NCBI GenBank assembly: GCA_963706595.1
Contig: OY970166.1
Coordinates: 3,648,001-3,712,000, forward strand
Source of the DNA: an uncultured cyanobacterium
GTDB taxonomy: Bacteria; Cyanobacteriota; Cyanobacteriia; Cyanobacteriales; Nostocaceae
Reading direction: 5' to 3'
Length of the DNA stretch: 64,000 bases
Shown here: one piece after another, positions 7,558 to 18,569 of the stretch
How the letters are laid out: each line of letters begins with the position of its first letter
How positions within the stretch are numbered: the stretch's first letter is position 1
Position numbers and translations under genes: made by a program
Notes under the pieces: model-generated
Seen by the model: only the letters and a program-made list of their open reading frames with translations
The model's database searches: none
What the model was told of the DNA's origin: nothing

Positions 7558-9473
7558 TATACTTCTTTCAAATAGTAATTAAACCGTTTCCGGAGTTTTT
7601 CCACACTCATATCTTGAGTCCAGTATTCCACTAGCGCATGACCAAATGCCCAGGCGTTGCGGTCAGGTGCAGCAGAGTTTTCTAGTAGCAATGGCCAGAG
7701 AGATAGCAAATCAAAGTTGAGAGGATTAACTTTACCTGTATGCAATAGGGAAAACAGATCATAGGCCATTTGCAGTTTACCAATTACAATCGGTAACTGT
7801 TCCACAGGGATTTGCTCTGCTAGGAGATACGCCAGAGTGGGAGAACCAGTTGATACTGTGGCGATGAACTGAAGCACAGGACTTTTCAACAGAGCAGTTA
7901 GTCCTTGAGTGGTCGCCATTTGGAAGGTGTAATGGTCGATGATTTTGGCAGATGCGGCAGTACGAGCTTCTAAGTTACGCAAAAAGCGGGCTAATCGCAG
8001 TTGTTTAGCTGGGGCGATCGCATCTACAATTTGCAGAGATAGTGTTTCTACACCCCAGGCGGCTCGACCTGTTTTGATATCACTGGTAACAATTGGTAAT
8101 ACTAGATTACAGAAGTTATCCAACAGTTGGGCGCGGTATTCGGTAGCGTTGCGAATAGCAATTTCTTTGGGACGATTTCCCGATTCCCAATTGTATGGCG
8201 GTTCCCACTCGCGGATAGGACGAAGACGATCTACTTGGGTAATCACGGCGATGGTTGGTAAATCTGCAACTTCCGCCCGCATATCTTGGAGAAAATCTAC
8301 ATCCATTTGTAGGGCGGGATCAAGAGCCGGGGTAACTAACAGTAGTAAATCTGCGTTTGTAGCATAATCAAGCACCAAATTTCGCAAATCACCACCGTTC
8401 ACCTGTTCATAACCTGGGGAATCCCACAGCGTTAAACTTTCCCCGGTGGAACTTTGCCAATGATAATTTTGAATCTGATCAGTGCTGGGTAAAACATCCA
8501 CCTCTGCGAGATCAGCCTGAAATAGAGTATTAATCAAGCTGCTTTTTCCCGAACCTGTGCGCCCGACAATGAGAATATTTACAGGTTTTTGGGCAACTTC
8601 CTCGGCTGGTTCGGCTTTAGTTAAAATTTCTCGCAGGTTTTGAGTCTTAGCTGTGGGTAGAGTTGGTGTAGAAATACTGGCTTCTGCAACTGGTAATTTG
8701 CTACCACTGTAAAGTGCGATCGCCTGACGGCATAAATTCCGCAGGGCATTTTCCCGCAGTAGTTGACCTAAATTTACTAATAACTGCTGAGTTGCTTGGT
8801 TAGTATAACCCTTAGTAGCTTGCTTGGCCACTGCGACTACAGGATTAAATAGCCACTGCGCCCAATTCCATGCTTGCCAAACTTTCCGAGCCGATGGCTC
8901 AATTTTGCGATAGACTTCATAAGCTTGATAGGCTTGTCCAACGGTAATCTGATTTAGTGCTGGTGATAACTTCTGCATCCACTGATCTAAGTCATCCATC
9001 GTTCCCCGAATTAACCCGTAAGCCTGGGGTATATAAATATTCAACAGGGGATATTGAACTTGAGGATAATATATATGCGCGATCGCTGTGACTAAATCCT
9101 GGCATCTTGTCCAAAAAGTTTGCCAATCTTCCCAAATCAGGCGATCGCTTTCTGCTGCTTTGAGAATTTGTTGCAGTGCGATTTCTGCCTGTTTGATATT
9201 GTCGCTTTGGGCTGGTAGTCCTACTGGCTGATCTGCCGCAGATTCTAACTCTTCTGTGACTTCTGCCAAAGCAGCTTCTACCATATTGATTTGAGGTTTA
9301 GTCCATCTCACCAGCAGCCAGCGCCAGCCCACAAATACCAGGGTAAATATACCCCAAATCCAACTAATACCCCAGGTATGAATTTGCATCCCTGCACAGA
9401 TGAGCAAAAAAGTAATAATTAGTGCAATAGGTAATGCTAATACTACCCATTGCCACAGTTTTAATCGCAGCAT
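7557..9473 (-). CDS. Membrane-anchored P-loop GTPase (Era/YeeP-like)
   Basis: Two N-terminal TMs; GRTGSGKSS, DSPG, TQVD; ATG 9473 preferred. Confidence 0.85.
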   Translation of the reverse strand: MLRLKLWQWVVLALPIALIITFLLICAGMQIHTWGISWIWGIFTLVFVGWRWLLVRWTKPQINMVEAALAEVTEELESAADQPVGLPAQSDNIKQAEIALQQILKAAESDRLIWEDWQTFWTRCQDLVTAIAHIYYPQVQYPLLNIYIPQAYGLIRGTMDDLDQWMQKLSPALNQITVGQAYQAYEVYRKIEPSARKVWQAWNWAQWLFNPVVAVAKQATKGYTNQATQQLLVNLGQLLRENALRNLCRQAIALYSGSKLPVAEASISTPTLPTAKTQNLREILTKAEPAEEVAQKPVNILIVGRTGSGKSSLINTLFQADLAEVDVLPSTDQIQNYHWQSSTGESLTLWDSPGYEQVNGGDLRNLVLDYATNADLLLLVTPALDPALQMDVDFLQDMRAEVADLPTIAVITQVDRLRPIREWEPPYNWESGNRPKEIAIRNATEYRAQLLDNFCNLVLPIVTSDIKTGRAAWGVETLSLQIVDAIAPAKQLRLARFLRNLEARTAASAKIIDHYTFQMATTQGLTALLKSPVLQFIATVSTGSPTLAYLLAEQIPVEQLPIVIGKLQMAYDLFSLLHTGKVNPLNFDLLSLWPLLLENSAAPDRNAWAFGHALVEYWTQDMSVEKLRKRFNYYLKEV

Positions 9474-9949
9474 TTTTTGGTGGTCCGCCCTAATTTTTGA
9501 CACTCCCTACATCTATACTAAATTTATCCTAAAAAACTTCTATGGAAAGTGAAACTCTAATCAAGACTCGGTTATCGTTTATCTGCTGCGACAATTCGAG
9601 CAAGATACCTTAAACAACATATCGGTAAAAGTAATGTTGCGGTTGCTGAAATATATATTCTACGATCTTCAGGTAGAAGGGAATCTTTCGTTTCTAAATC
9701 ACAAAAATTAATTACCTTATAAGCGGGAGCATCGGCCGATGAACCGATGGATACATCCCACACACTACCAGACTCATCAAATCCACAATCGTCGAAAATA
9801 GTAACTTTTGCTCGTATTGGCGTTCGCTCTTATTCTCGAAAAGCAGATTCATCCACGTAGTGTTAAAAAAAATCCGGGTTAATGCGGGTAGTTACTCCCT
9901 TTACGCAAAACTTTTTGAGATGGTTGACTCGATTATTAAATTAAAAAAT

Positions 9950-10276
9950 ATGATCTCCTCCGATGCTAGTTTAGAAACTAAATCACCTGACAATACAGTG
10001 CCGAAGTTTAACGTTAATGTCGAGTTTCAAATAGCAAAACTATGGCATCAGAAAGGCAAAATTGATCGGGCGATCGCTGGCTATCGCAAGGTGTTAGCGG
10101 TCAATCCCATGCACTGGTCATCCTTGCTGGCCTTAGATGAATTGTTAACGATCAAAGGAGAAGATCAAACAGCGATCGCCCTATATCGTCAAGCAATTCA
10201 AAACCTTGCAGTAATCGAATCGGACCAACCAACTCGGAAAAAAGCTTCCCGACGGATCAGCATCGTTCCAATGTGA
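9950..10276 (+). pseudogene. Truncated TPR protein
   Basis: TPR-like AKLWHQKGKIDRAIAGYRKVLAVNP; after about 10200 it runs into the antisense of the GT2 gene. Confidence 0.6.
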
Positions 10277-10710
10277 TAACCAGGCATGATCTCTCTGGGG
10301 ATCTGAATTTTCCGTCTAACTGTTTCATCTAAGTCAGGGCTGTAGAATTGGCGAACCTGTCCTAAAACCATATCTAAGTTCGGATTTGCGGCCAAAGCAG
10401 ACACTTGACGCGCTAGTTTATCCCCCATCCACCGATCATCCGAATCGAGAAAGGCTAAGAAATCTCCTGTTGCTAATTTAATTCCCTGATTTCGAGCTAC
10501 CGCCGCGCCTTGATTTGTTTGATAGTGATAGCGAACCAAGGGAAAACTACGGGCGATTGCTCCCCCACCGTCTGTAGAACCATCATCAACAACAATCACT
10601 TCATCCGGGGTAACGGATTGGGTGAAGATACTTTCCAGCGTCTCGACTAAATAGGCTTCCCGGTTAAAAATCGGAACTATCACACTGATTTTAGGACGGA
10701 CATTGTTCAT
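10198..10710 (-). pseudogene. GT2 glycosyltransferase, probably C-terminally truncated
   Basis: ISVIVPIFN, VVDDGSTD, FLDSDD; ends just after FFRVGW, where the paralogue at 14959-15714 continues about 80 aa. Confidence 0.7.
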
Positions 10711-10773
10711 TTGTTTGTCAATACTTCTTCGGTGGTATATTGGTATGATACAAGTTAAAAATTCAGCTTAATA

Positions 10774-11883
10774 GTGTCTAGTCATATTGTTAAAAATCTC
10801 TATCCTGAAACAGAATTGATTTTATCTTGCGCTCGCACTCACATATCCGATGGTCTAGCGGAGCAAATCCAGTATCAAATCCAACAGGATATAGACTGGA
10901 ATTACTTGTTATCAATGGCAGAAAAGCATCGCGTTATACCTTTGCTATACCACAGTCTTAAGGTTGTCAGCCCCCAGAAAATTCCCACGGAAATTAGCAC
11001 TAATTTAAGAATGCGCTTTTTGGGAAATACGCGAACGAATTTAATATTGACCAATGAAATGCTGCGTTTGTTAGATATTTTTGCCACAAATAATATTAAT
11101 GTTATTCCCTACAAAGGCACAATTTTATCTGCTTGTTTTTATGGTAAAACATCCTTCAGGCAGGTATGGGACATTGATATTCTCGTCGATGAAACAGATG
11201 TTTCCAAAAGTAGAGAATTATTACTATCGGAAGAATATATAATTAAAACTGGTTATGATCGAGAACAGACTTTTTACCATCCTCAGAAAAAAATAGAAGT
11301 AGATTTACACTGGGGTTTGACTCCCTATTATTTCCCGGTCAACCTAGAGTTTAAAAAACTATGGTCAAGAACAAAATCCTATCCACTTTCAGGTGTTGAG
11401 GTGAAAAGTTTCTGCCCAGAAGATTTATTGATTATCCTCTGTCTTCAAGTAGCTAAAGACTGTTGGGAAAGACGGCAACATCTGGAGCAGTTAGCTAAAG
11501 TTTGTGATATTGCAGAGTTGTTGAGAAGTTGCCCAGAATTAGACTGGTTAGATGTGATTAATGAGGCTCGTGGGCGAGGTTTAGAAAGAATACTGCACTT
11601 TGGTTTATATCTTGCCAAAACCCTTCTAGAAGCTGATATACCTGAGATTATTTGGATTGAAGTTCAAGGTGATAATTATGCGATTTCTTTAGCTTATCAA
11701 GTTTGCTCTCAATTATTTGGAGAAATCGATAATACTGTTACTAACCCTAATGATAATTCTATTTTCAATCTAAAATTTAGACTCAAACAATTAGTCTTTT
11801 ATTTGCAGATGAGAGAACGTCCTCAAGACTGGGTGAAGCATTTTCTAGTAATTGCAGGACTTACGCACAGAAGTTATCTGTGA
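10774..11883 (+). CDS. Uncharacterised nucleotidyltransferase family protein (NTP_transf_5-like)
   Basis: IDWNYLLSMAEKHRV, PYKG, RQVWDIDILV, EVDLHW, CDIAELL. Confidence 0.85.
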   Translation: MSSHIVKNLYPETELILSCARTHISDGLAEQIQYQIQQDIDWNYLLSMAEKHRVIPLLYHSLKVVSPQKIPTEISTNLRMRFLGNTRTNLILTNEMLRLLDIFATNNINVIPYKGTILSACFYGKTSFRQVWDIDILVDETDVSKSRELLLSEEYIIKTGYDREQTFYHPQKKIEVDLHWGLTPYYFPVNLEFKKLWSRTKSYPLSGVEVKSFCPEDLLIILCLQVAKDCWERRQHLEQLAKVCDIAELLRSCPELDWLDVINEARGRGLERILHFGLYLAKTLLEADIPEIIWIEVQGDNYAISLAYQVCSQLFGEIDNTVTNPNDNSIFNLKFRLKQLVFYLQMRERPQDWVKHFLVIAGLTHRSYL

Positions 11884-12151
11884 GGATAAAGTGTAGGGGT
11901 GTAAGGGTTTTACTCTTGTACATTTTTAACTTTTCATCTTCTGCCTTGTCATAACGACAATTTTTAACAACGACCTACTTAAATAAAGATTTTCAGGTTC
12001 AGAAAATAAAAGATGCAAGAAAAAAGGTAAAATAAGTAAAAATCCTTAAATCAAGGTGCATCAAGACGTACAAAAAAAAGCGACAAGATATGTTGTATTA
12101 CACCGAAGATACCCTCTATCAAATGTTAAGTAATATTTCGCCAGTGGTATC

Positions 12152-13318
12152 ATGATTTTCTGGAAAAAAAGGTCAATTTTACTCATTTCGACTTTCATAC
12201 TCCTTGGTATCAGTTTAGCTTACTTGGGCAAAGGATTTTATATGCTAGCTTTTGCTGGCAGTCAGGAGGGTGCGGGAGATTTGTTAGAACGCTGGAAAGA
12301 GCAACAGTATATTTATTTAAACACTTATCCTTATTACATGGACAGCGCAGATATCGATCCGCGATTAGGGAAAGTTATTTCGGGAGGATATCCGCCTTGG
12401 GCTTTTTTCACGGGATTTTTCATATTTCCTAATATTTCTTGGACATTAACGTGTTTCTATCAAGTTTTCTTAAATATCTTATCTCTTGGTATTTTGAGTC
12501 GATTCGCCTATCAAATAGGCTTACCGTTCGGCCAAATTTCCGCTTATTTTTTCGTTGCGTCTTGTCTAGCAATTAGTAGTCATTCTACTACGCTCGGTCT
12601 TGGTCAGTATGGCATTATCATTAATGCGTTCCTGATTAGTGTTTACTATTGTGTTCAAACGAGGAAAAATATTCTTGCTGGTATCTTCATGGGAATAGCT
12701 CTAGCCAAACCGAATATTTCTGCACCTTATATCTTAAGTCTCATTATCCATCGTCGGCTCAAACCAGTATTTATCGCTTTTGCTTATATTATTTCTGCGA
12801 CCTTTTATATCGCTTGGTTGACAAAGCTAGATTTTGTTAATGTCTTTTCCCGGTTTTTAAAGCAAATTAAATATGTAGCTGATGATGGCTTTTCAGGCAT
12901 TAATATTCTGATCAATTTGGGAATTAATCAAGAGATTGCTATTTTATTATTAATTGCGATCACAACGGGTGTAAGTATTGTGGTTTTCCAAAAACTACGA
13001 CATACCTCCCTGTTAACACTTTTCGCATCCGCATCCGTCATCGGTCGAGTATTCATCTATCATCGTGTCTATGATGATTTAATGTTAGTTTTTTTGCTAT
13101 TAGCTTTATTACAACTCGCTTTCCAAGTTCCCAATCGGTATAATATCGGTAGCGTTTTCTTGCTTGGGTTAACTCTATGGATTCCTGCGAGTCTGCAAAA
13201 TCTCATTCCTTATTGGTCTAGTTTTCAACTGTTGGTTTGGCTAAGTTTGCTATTCTACTTATTAAGTAATTCATTAACTAATAAAAGTGGAGAATCTCAG
13301 AGCAAGAGTCCATTTTAA
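12152..13318 (+). CDS. Polytopic membrane glycosyltransferase (GT87/DUF2029-like)
   Basis: GYPPW, LGQY, LAKP, YHRVYD motifs; about 10 TM segments. Confidence 0.75.
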   Translation: MIFWKKRSILLISTFILLGISLAYLGKGFYMLAFAGSQEGAGDLLERWKEQQYIYLNTYPYYMDSADIDPRLGKVISGGYPPWAFFTGFFIFPNISWTLTCFYQVFLNILSLGILSRFAYQIGLPFGQISAYFFVASCLAISSHSTTLGLGQYGIIINAFLISVYYCVQTRKNILAGIFMGIALAKPNISAPYILSLIIHRRLKPVFIAFAYIISATFYIAWLTKLDFVNVFSRFLKQIKYVADDGFSGINILINLGINQEIAILLLIAITTGVSIVVFQKLRHTSLLTLFASASVIGRVFIYHRVYDDLMLVFLLLALLQLAFQVPNRYNIGSVFLLGLTLWIPASLQNLIPYWSSFQLLVWLSLLFYLLSNSLTNKSGESQSKSPF

Positions 13319-13434
13319 CAGCAGTTACTAACCATTATATAAAACCTACTCAAATCTACTTTGAGCAGGGAGAAAATGTAACTGAATACTGCTGTCACTT
13401 GCAACTCGCTCCAATCAACGGGTTAAATTAGGGA

Positions 13435-13725
13435 TTCTTCTTTCTTTTATATGACGCAAGTGCCAATACCGCCGTCATTGAATGTATTGCTAGGGCAACT
13501 CCTTTGTTAGTCAACCCTTTATCGGCGATTGTGGAATATTTAGGAGAAAATTACCCCCTGTACTTCAATACCCTAGAGGAAGCGGCAGAAAAAGCGATGG
13601 ATCTAGAACTCCTTCGTCAAGCTACTGAATATTTAAAACACTGTGAAACCCGACAGAAACTATCTGCGGAGTATTTCCTACAAAGTTTCCAAAACAGTGA
13701 AGTATACCAACGCATCAAGCTATAG
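13435..13725 (+). pseudogene. C-terminal fragment of a TPR/glycosyltransferase-associated protein
   Basis: Frame reads FFLLYDASANTAVIECIARATPLLVNPLSAIVEYLGENYPLYF... with no N-terminal part or ATG. Confidence 0.6.
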
Positions 13726-13783
13726 TGCGTGTGATAAAAGATTCAAGATTTGATGGAATAGAAATAGTCAGCAGGATGGGAAT

Positions 13784-14946
13784 ATGGAAACAACCAAGGA
13801 GTCCTTGTCTCAAGCGGTTGAGCAACAGATGAAACTCGCCCAAGTATGGCAAAACAGAGGAAAAATTACCCATGCGATCGCCAATTACGAAAAAGCGATT
13901 CAACTGCAACCAGATTATCTACCCCCTTATCTCCACCTCGTGCAATTACTTGTGCAAACGGGACAGACACAACAAGCCATAGATACTTACCGGCAAGGAA
14001 TAGAAACAGCGATCGCCAAAGTTTGGTTTCCGCCCCATCAAGCCAGGGAAGAGTATCGAAAAGCACTCAAACAACGGCAAGAAATCGGCCAAGCACCAAG
14101 AGTTTTACTTTATACTAATTGTCCTGGAACTTATGGAGCAGAACAAATCAGTCACGCGCTCATGCTTCGACTTGTGAACTCAGGGTATGAAGTAATCTGC
14201 GTTCAAAGTCAAGCGGATCATCATTTGATTCAAGCTAGACAAGCTCTGGGTATCGAACATATCTGGCTGAAAGATGACGCATATCAATTTGGTTATACCG
14301 TCGGCAATGCTTTGGAAGTAGCGGAAATCAATATCTTGGTATTCCCTGGGATGGGGTGGTGATCTTCACGGCTGCAAGGATGTATCCAGTTAAAGGGTAT
14401 CAACATCAGGTGGAGGCGATTAAACAACTCCGACATCTGCCAATTTGGTCACGGCTTTATTTTGTTTGGGCTGGTTCTGGAGCTTTACCAGTGCAACTGC
14501 AAGCAGATTTAGAAGCACTAGGAGTTGGTGAGCAGGTAAAATTCCTGGGAGAGCGAGCAGATATTCCAGATTTACTAGCGGCGGCAGATATTTTTTTATT
14601 GCCCTCTCACGTTGAAGGAATGCCCTTAGCAATTATGGAGGCGATGGCCAAAGGTTTGCCCGTCGTTGCCTCGGCTATCAGTGGCATTCCAGAGGAATTG
14701 GGAGATACTGGCAAACTGCTATCAGATCCAACTATCAATGCGCCAGCGACGGTACAAGAGATTGTGGAGATAATTCAGAAATGGGTTTTGGATAGCGATG
14801 TGCGTCTGCTGGCAGGACATAACTGCCAACAAAGAGCGATGGAGATGTTTCGAGAGGAAAGAATGCTAGATAGCTACGAAAAGGTAATTCAAGGGACTAT
14901 CTATCAAGAACTTTACCGAAAAACGAGCCAAAGCCCCTGGCTTTAG
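13784..14946 (+). pseudogene. TPR + GT4 glycosyltransferase split by frameshift or internal deletion
   Basis: ORF1 has TPR + LYTNCPGTYGAEQ; ORF2 has GT4 C-domain (KGYQ, ADIFLLPSHVEGMPLAIMEAMA); frame changes near 14340. Confidence 0.7.
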
Positions 14947-14958
14947 ACATGGGGAGTG

Positions 14959-15714
14959 TCAATCTGGTGGCTGACCGCAGTAGCTCATCCAGGAGATGGC
15001 GGGAGTATGTTTTTCTTTCCCCCTCGCCCGCATACGATCAATATGACGTTTGTATATCTTGAGCATTCCGTGATGTATCAGACCTTTTTGTTCTAAGGTC
15101 ATATTGCGATCGTGTTTTCGGTAATACAACATGACTCTAGGGATAACCAATTTATGAATATTGTTTTCCCAAGCGCGGATAAACCAATCCGTATCTTCGT
15201 TATCGTGTAGTTTGGGGTCAAATAAACCCACTTGATCAAATACCGCACGACGGTAGAGGGCGCTTCCCAAATTAATAAACTGATAGGGTTTAAAAATGGG
15301 TTGGAACTGATAAGAATTATTATCCAGAGAACCTGTTTCCATTTGCATTCGCTGGATCAATCCCTGAACAATTCCTACTTCGGGATGAGCTACTAAATAA
15401 TCGGCAAATTCGGTTAAAATTCCCTCTTCCCATAAATCATCAACATCGAGAAAGGCGATCGCTTCTCCCCGTGCGTTTTCAATCCCAAGATTGCGAGCAG
15501 CGGAAGGTCCTTGATTGGTTTGATAGATGTAGTGAATTGTATCCTGAAATTCAGCAGCGATTTCGGCAGTGCGATCAGTAGAACCATCATCGACAACAAT
15601 AATTTCCAAGGGCTGATATTTTTGCCCTTGAATATTCTCAATTGCCTGAATTAAAAATCTCTCTCCGTTATAAACCGGAAGAATAACACTGATAGATAAA
15701 TTCTCTCGTTCCAT
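14959..15714 (-). CDS. GT2 glycosyltransferase
   Basis: SVILPVYN, VVDDGSTD, FLDVDD, EDTDW. Confidence 0.9.
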   Translation of the reverse strand: MERENLSISVILPVYNGERFLIQAIENIQGQKYQPLEIIVVDDGSTDRTAEIAAEFQDTIHYIYQTNQGPSAARNLGIENARGEAIAFLDVDDLWEEGILTEFADYLVAHPEVGIVQGLIQRMQMETGSLDNNSYQFQPIFKPYQFINLGSALYRRAVFDQVGLFDPKLHDNEDTDWFIRAWENNIHKLVIPRVMLYYRKHDRNMTLEQKGLIHHGMLKIYKRHIDRMRARGKEKHTPAISWMSYCGQPPD

Positions 15715-15791
15715 AGTATGATAAAAATATATATCCTAACTATTCTGTCTATAATAATATTAGACAAATTACCGATTTTTAAGTTTTTAAT

Positions 15792-16634
15792 TTAATCTTC
15801 AAAGAATATCGCCCAAGGGGTATTTGCAAATTTTTCTTTTAACTCAAAATAATTAGATATAGATTGAGAAAGAGGTAGGTAAGATTGTTTGACTGTAGCA
15901 GGTTTTAAATGCTCATATTCCAATTCGAGAAATTCTTGAACTCGTTTTCTTTCCCGCTCGCAATCTTCAGATAATTCTTCATAAAAAACATCTATTTTTT
16001 GATGTTTATTAAAGAATAAATCGTGTTTATTCATATTCGCTTGCGTGCCATTAAAATACTCAACACATTCTTCATAAGTTAGTGAAACTGTAACCTGCTT
16101 GGGTTCTTCGGTGATACTATCTTGATTGTTTAAGATCCATTGATCGGTTAGAAAAGCCTTTTTTAAGGACAGCAATGTTCTCAGCATATTTTTTCTTTTA
16201 AGATGAATAATTTTTATATCCTGTTGGTTTTGCAAGCAACGCCATACAGATTTTCTGTAACCTTCTCTAGCATGATAATAAAAAATTTTAAATCCTACTG
16301 CTGAAACCGATGAAGCATATTCTTTAAAAACTTCTGTTGCTAGAAATTTTTGAGGATTTTTGTTCCTCATAGCTACCAAGTGACTAGATCGAGAATCTTG
16401 CCCGTATTCGGGTCTATCCCATCCGATAGCATCAGCATCTCTGAATAATTCTCCATAAGTAATTACTTGACTGTGTGAATTTAGTAAACCGAGTAGCAAA
16501 TTCGATCCTGACCTTCCCTGTGAAACGACAACGAATTTACAATGTTGTAACCGGGTACTAAATACTTCTAAATCTCTTAATAAACTAGTTAAAAACTGAC
16601 ATCTACTTTTTATTTTTTTAAGTATTTCTCTCAT
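15792..16634 (-). CDS. Sulfotransferase (Stf0-like)
   Basis: QGRSGSNLL PAPS-binding loop, GFKIFYYH, IHLKRKN..SL, YEEL. Confidence 0.85.
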   Translation of the reverse strand: MREILKKIKSRCQFLTSLLRDLEVFSTRLQHCKFVVVSQGRSGSNLLLGLLNSHSQVITYGELFRDADAIGWDRPEYGQDSRSSHLVAMRNKNPQKFLATEVFKEYASSVSAVGFKIFYYHAREGYRKSVWRCLQNQQDIKIIHLKRKNMLRTLLSLKKAFLTDQWILNNQDSITEEPKQVTVSLTYEECVEYFNGTQANMNKHDLFFNKHQKIDVFYEELSEDCERERKRVQEFLELEYEHLKPATVKQSYLPLSQSISNYFELKEKFANTPWAIFFED

Positions 16635-16651
16635 TTTTTTTCATCTCCTAA

Positions 16652-17812
16652 TTACTCTAAAAACTCTAAAATTACTCGTGGGATCTGAGTAATATCAGTG
16701 CCTAATTCCAAGGTGTAACAGGGGATTTTTTTCACCAAGCTAGACATCATTTCTAGCGTACTTTGTCCAGTGCCAGAAAGCTGGAATAGGGTACTAGGAG
16801 CGAGAGATTTAAGGGCGTGGATGGGCGTGGATTTACGCAATCTTGTATTTGGTTCTTCGGTAATTTTCGGAATTAAAATCGCTTTAAGAGGAAAGCCCAT
16901 TACAATCTTTTCAGGAAAGTTTTCTTTGAGAAAGATCAGAGCTTTTTCTTCATCTAGGCGATCGCTATTACTGACCAAAGGTGCTAATTCTGGAAACCGC
17001 TCTAGATCCTTAGCTCCCTTGAGTTTGGCGGTATTATACAGACTGTAAACATAAGGAACGGGATCGGTGGACACCAGACAGTAATCATCGCTGGCATAAG
17101 TTAGATCGGATTTTAGGCAGGCCAGAGCCGAGGTAGATTTCCCCGATCCGCCTTTTGCCGTTAGCAAAACGCCTCCATCGCTTGTTCCCACGGCTGCGGC
17201 GTGAACGTACTGGCGGTTTTGGCTGCTTGTCCACCAATTGAGGAGGGTTTGTAAAGGAGAACCCCGCTCCCAATAGGGCAGTCCATCTGCGTCTGCCAGC
17301 CAGTATAAACCGATATTTCGCTTGCTGTCTAGGGAGCTGAAAATATTTGGACCGATGTTGTAGCGGGCTTGGAAGCGATCGCTACACAACGGCTTGACAT
17401 TCTGGCGGGGATCTAAATACTCGTGCCAGTACCAGTGGAATACATTGAGGAAAGCCGGCATTAATCCGGGTAATCGAGTTTTGGTCGAGACATTATCCCA
17501 AACGCAGATTGTCAGAGAGGGCTGTTCGGTGGGTAGGACTTCCAGATGGGAAATGGCACGGGTGAGCGCGTCAGCCATATTCTGGGTTGCAAAGATCAAG
17601 CAGATGGTATAGCCGCCGATACTGAAGAAACGATCAATCGTTCCCGTTGCTTCCGTAACCCGATGAAACCAACTGTGCAACGTATCGAAAAAGGACAGGC
17701 GATCGCTTTCCGTGAAGTGCTGTAAAACTTTCTGCTGCTCCAAGTGCCACGCGAATGGCTCGACATCAACATAGCGGAACATCCAGTCTAAAGTATCCCG
17801 ATCCATCTGCAT
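16652..17812 (-). CDS. HPr kinase-related P-loop kinase
   Basis: VHAAAV, Walker A AKGGSGKST, YASDD. Confidence 0.8.
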   Translation of the reverse strand: MQMDRDTLDWMFRYVDVEPFAWHLEQQKVLQHFTESDRLSFFDTLHSWFHRVTEATGTIDRFFSIGGYTICLIFATQNMADALTRAISHLEVLPTEQPSLTICVWDNVSTKTRLPGLMPAFLNVFHWYWHEYLDPRQNVKPLCSDRFQARYNIGPNIFSSLDSKRNIGLYWLADADGLPYWERGSPLQTLLNWWTSSQNRQYVHAAAVGTSDGGVLLTAKGGSGKSTSALACLKSDLTYASDDYCLVSTDPVPYVYSLYNTAKLKGAKDLERFPELAPLVSNSDRLDEEKALIFLKENFPEKIVMGFPLKAILIPKITEEPNTRLRKSTPIHALKSLAPSTLFQLSGTGQSTLEMMSSLVKKIPCYTLELGTDITQIPRVILEFLE

Positions 17813-17825
17813 CCTCTTTTTAAGT

Positions 17826-18569
17826 TTAAGTTTTTTTAACTAACGCTAAATACTGTTCAACAACGGTCGTAGGTTCGCCCTCAGACTGAATCCGTCCCCG
17901 ATTTAGCCAGATTGTGCGATCGCATAGTTCTGCAATCTGATCGGTATTGTGGGAAATCAGCACCACCGCGCAACCGTTGGTTTTCATTTGGGTAATACGC
18001 TCAATACATTTCAATTGAAAAGCCTTGTCTCCGACTGACAGGTATTCGTCCACCAGCAGGATCTCTGGGTGCGTGTGAACAGCGATCGCAAACGCTAGAC
18101 GCATCCTCATTCCCGTACTATAGGTGCGAACTGGCTGGTCAATAAATTCCGATAGTTCGGCGAATGCAATGATCGCATCAAATTGCTGTCGCACCTCACG
18201 TTCTAACAATCCTGCCACGACCGCGTTCACAAATACATTATCCCGTCCGGTTAGATCGGGATGAAACCCCGCGCCGAGATCAAGGAGCGCCCCCACGCGG
18301 CCGTTAAGTATTACCTTTCCTTCCTCTGGTCGCCCAACTTTTCCCAGCAACCGCAACAGTGTAGATTTGCCCGCACCGTTGCGGCCGATTACTCCCAGCA
18401 TTTCCCCGCAACTGACTTGAAAACTCACCTCTCGCAAAGCCCAGAAGTAATCGCGGGCTTTCATTCCCCGTCCGCCGGTAAGTACTGCTTCCATGATGGT
18501 GCGGGGTTTCCCTGGAGTGTAGCACTGAAATCGCTTGCCTAAATTCCTCACAGTAATGGCTGTTTCCAT
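17826..18569 (-). CDS. Polysaccharide ABC exporter ATPase (Wzt-like)
   Basis: GRNGAGKST, GFHPDLTGRDN, YSTGMRMRLAFA, LLVDE. Confidence 0.92.
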   Translation of the reverse strand: METAITVRNLGKRFQCYTPGKPRTIMEAVLTGGRGMKARDYFWALREVSFQVSCGEMLGVIGRNGAGKSTLLRLLGKVGRPEEGKVILNGRVGALLDLGAGFHPDLTGRDNVFVNAVVAGLLEREVRQQFDAIIAFAELSEFIDQPVRTYSTGMRMRLAFAIAVHTHPEILLVDEYLSVGDKAFQLKCIERITQMKTNGCAVVLISHNTDQIAELCDRTIWLNRGRIQSEGEPTTVVEQYLALVKKT

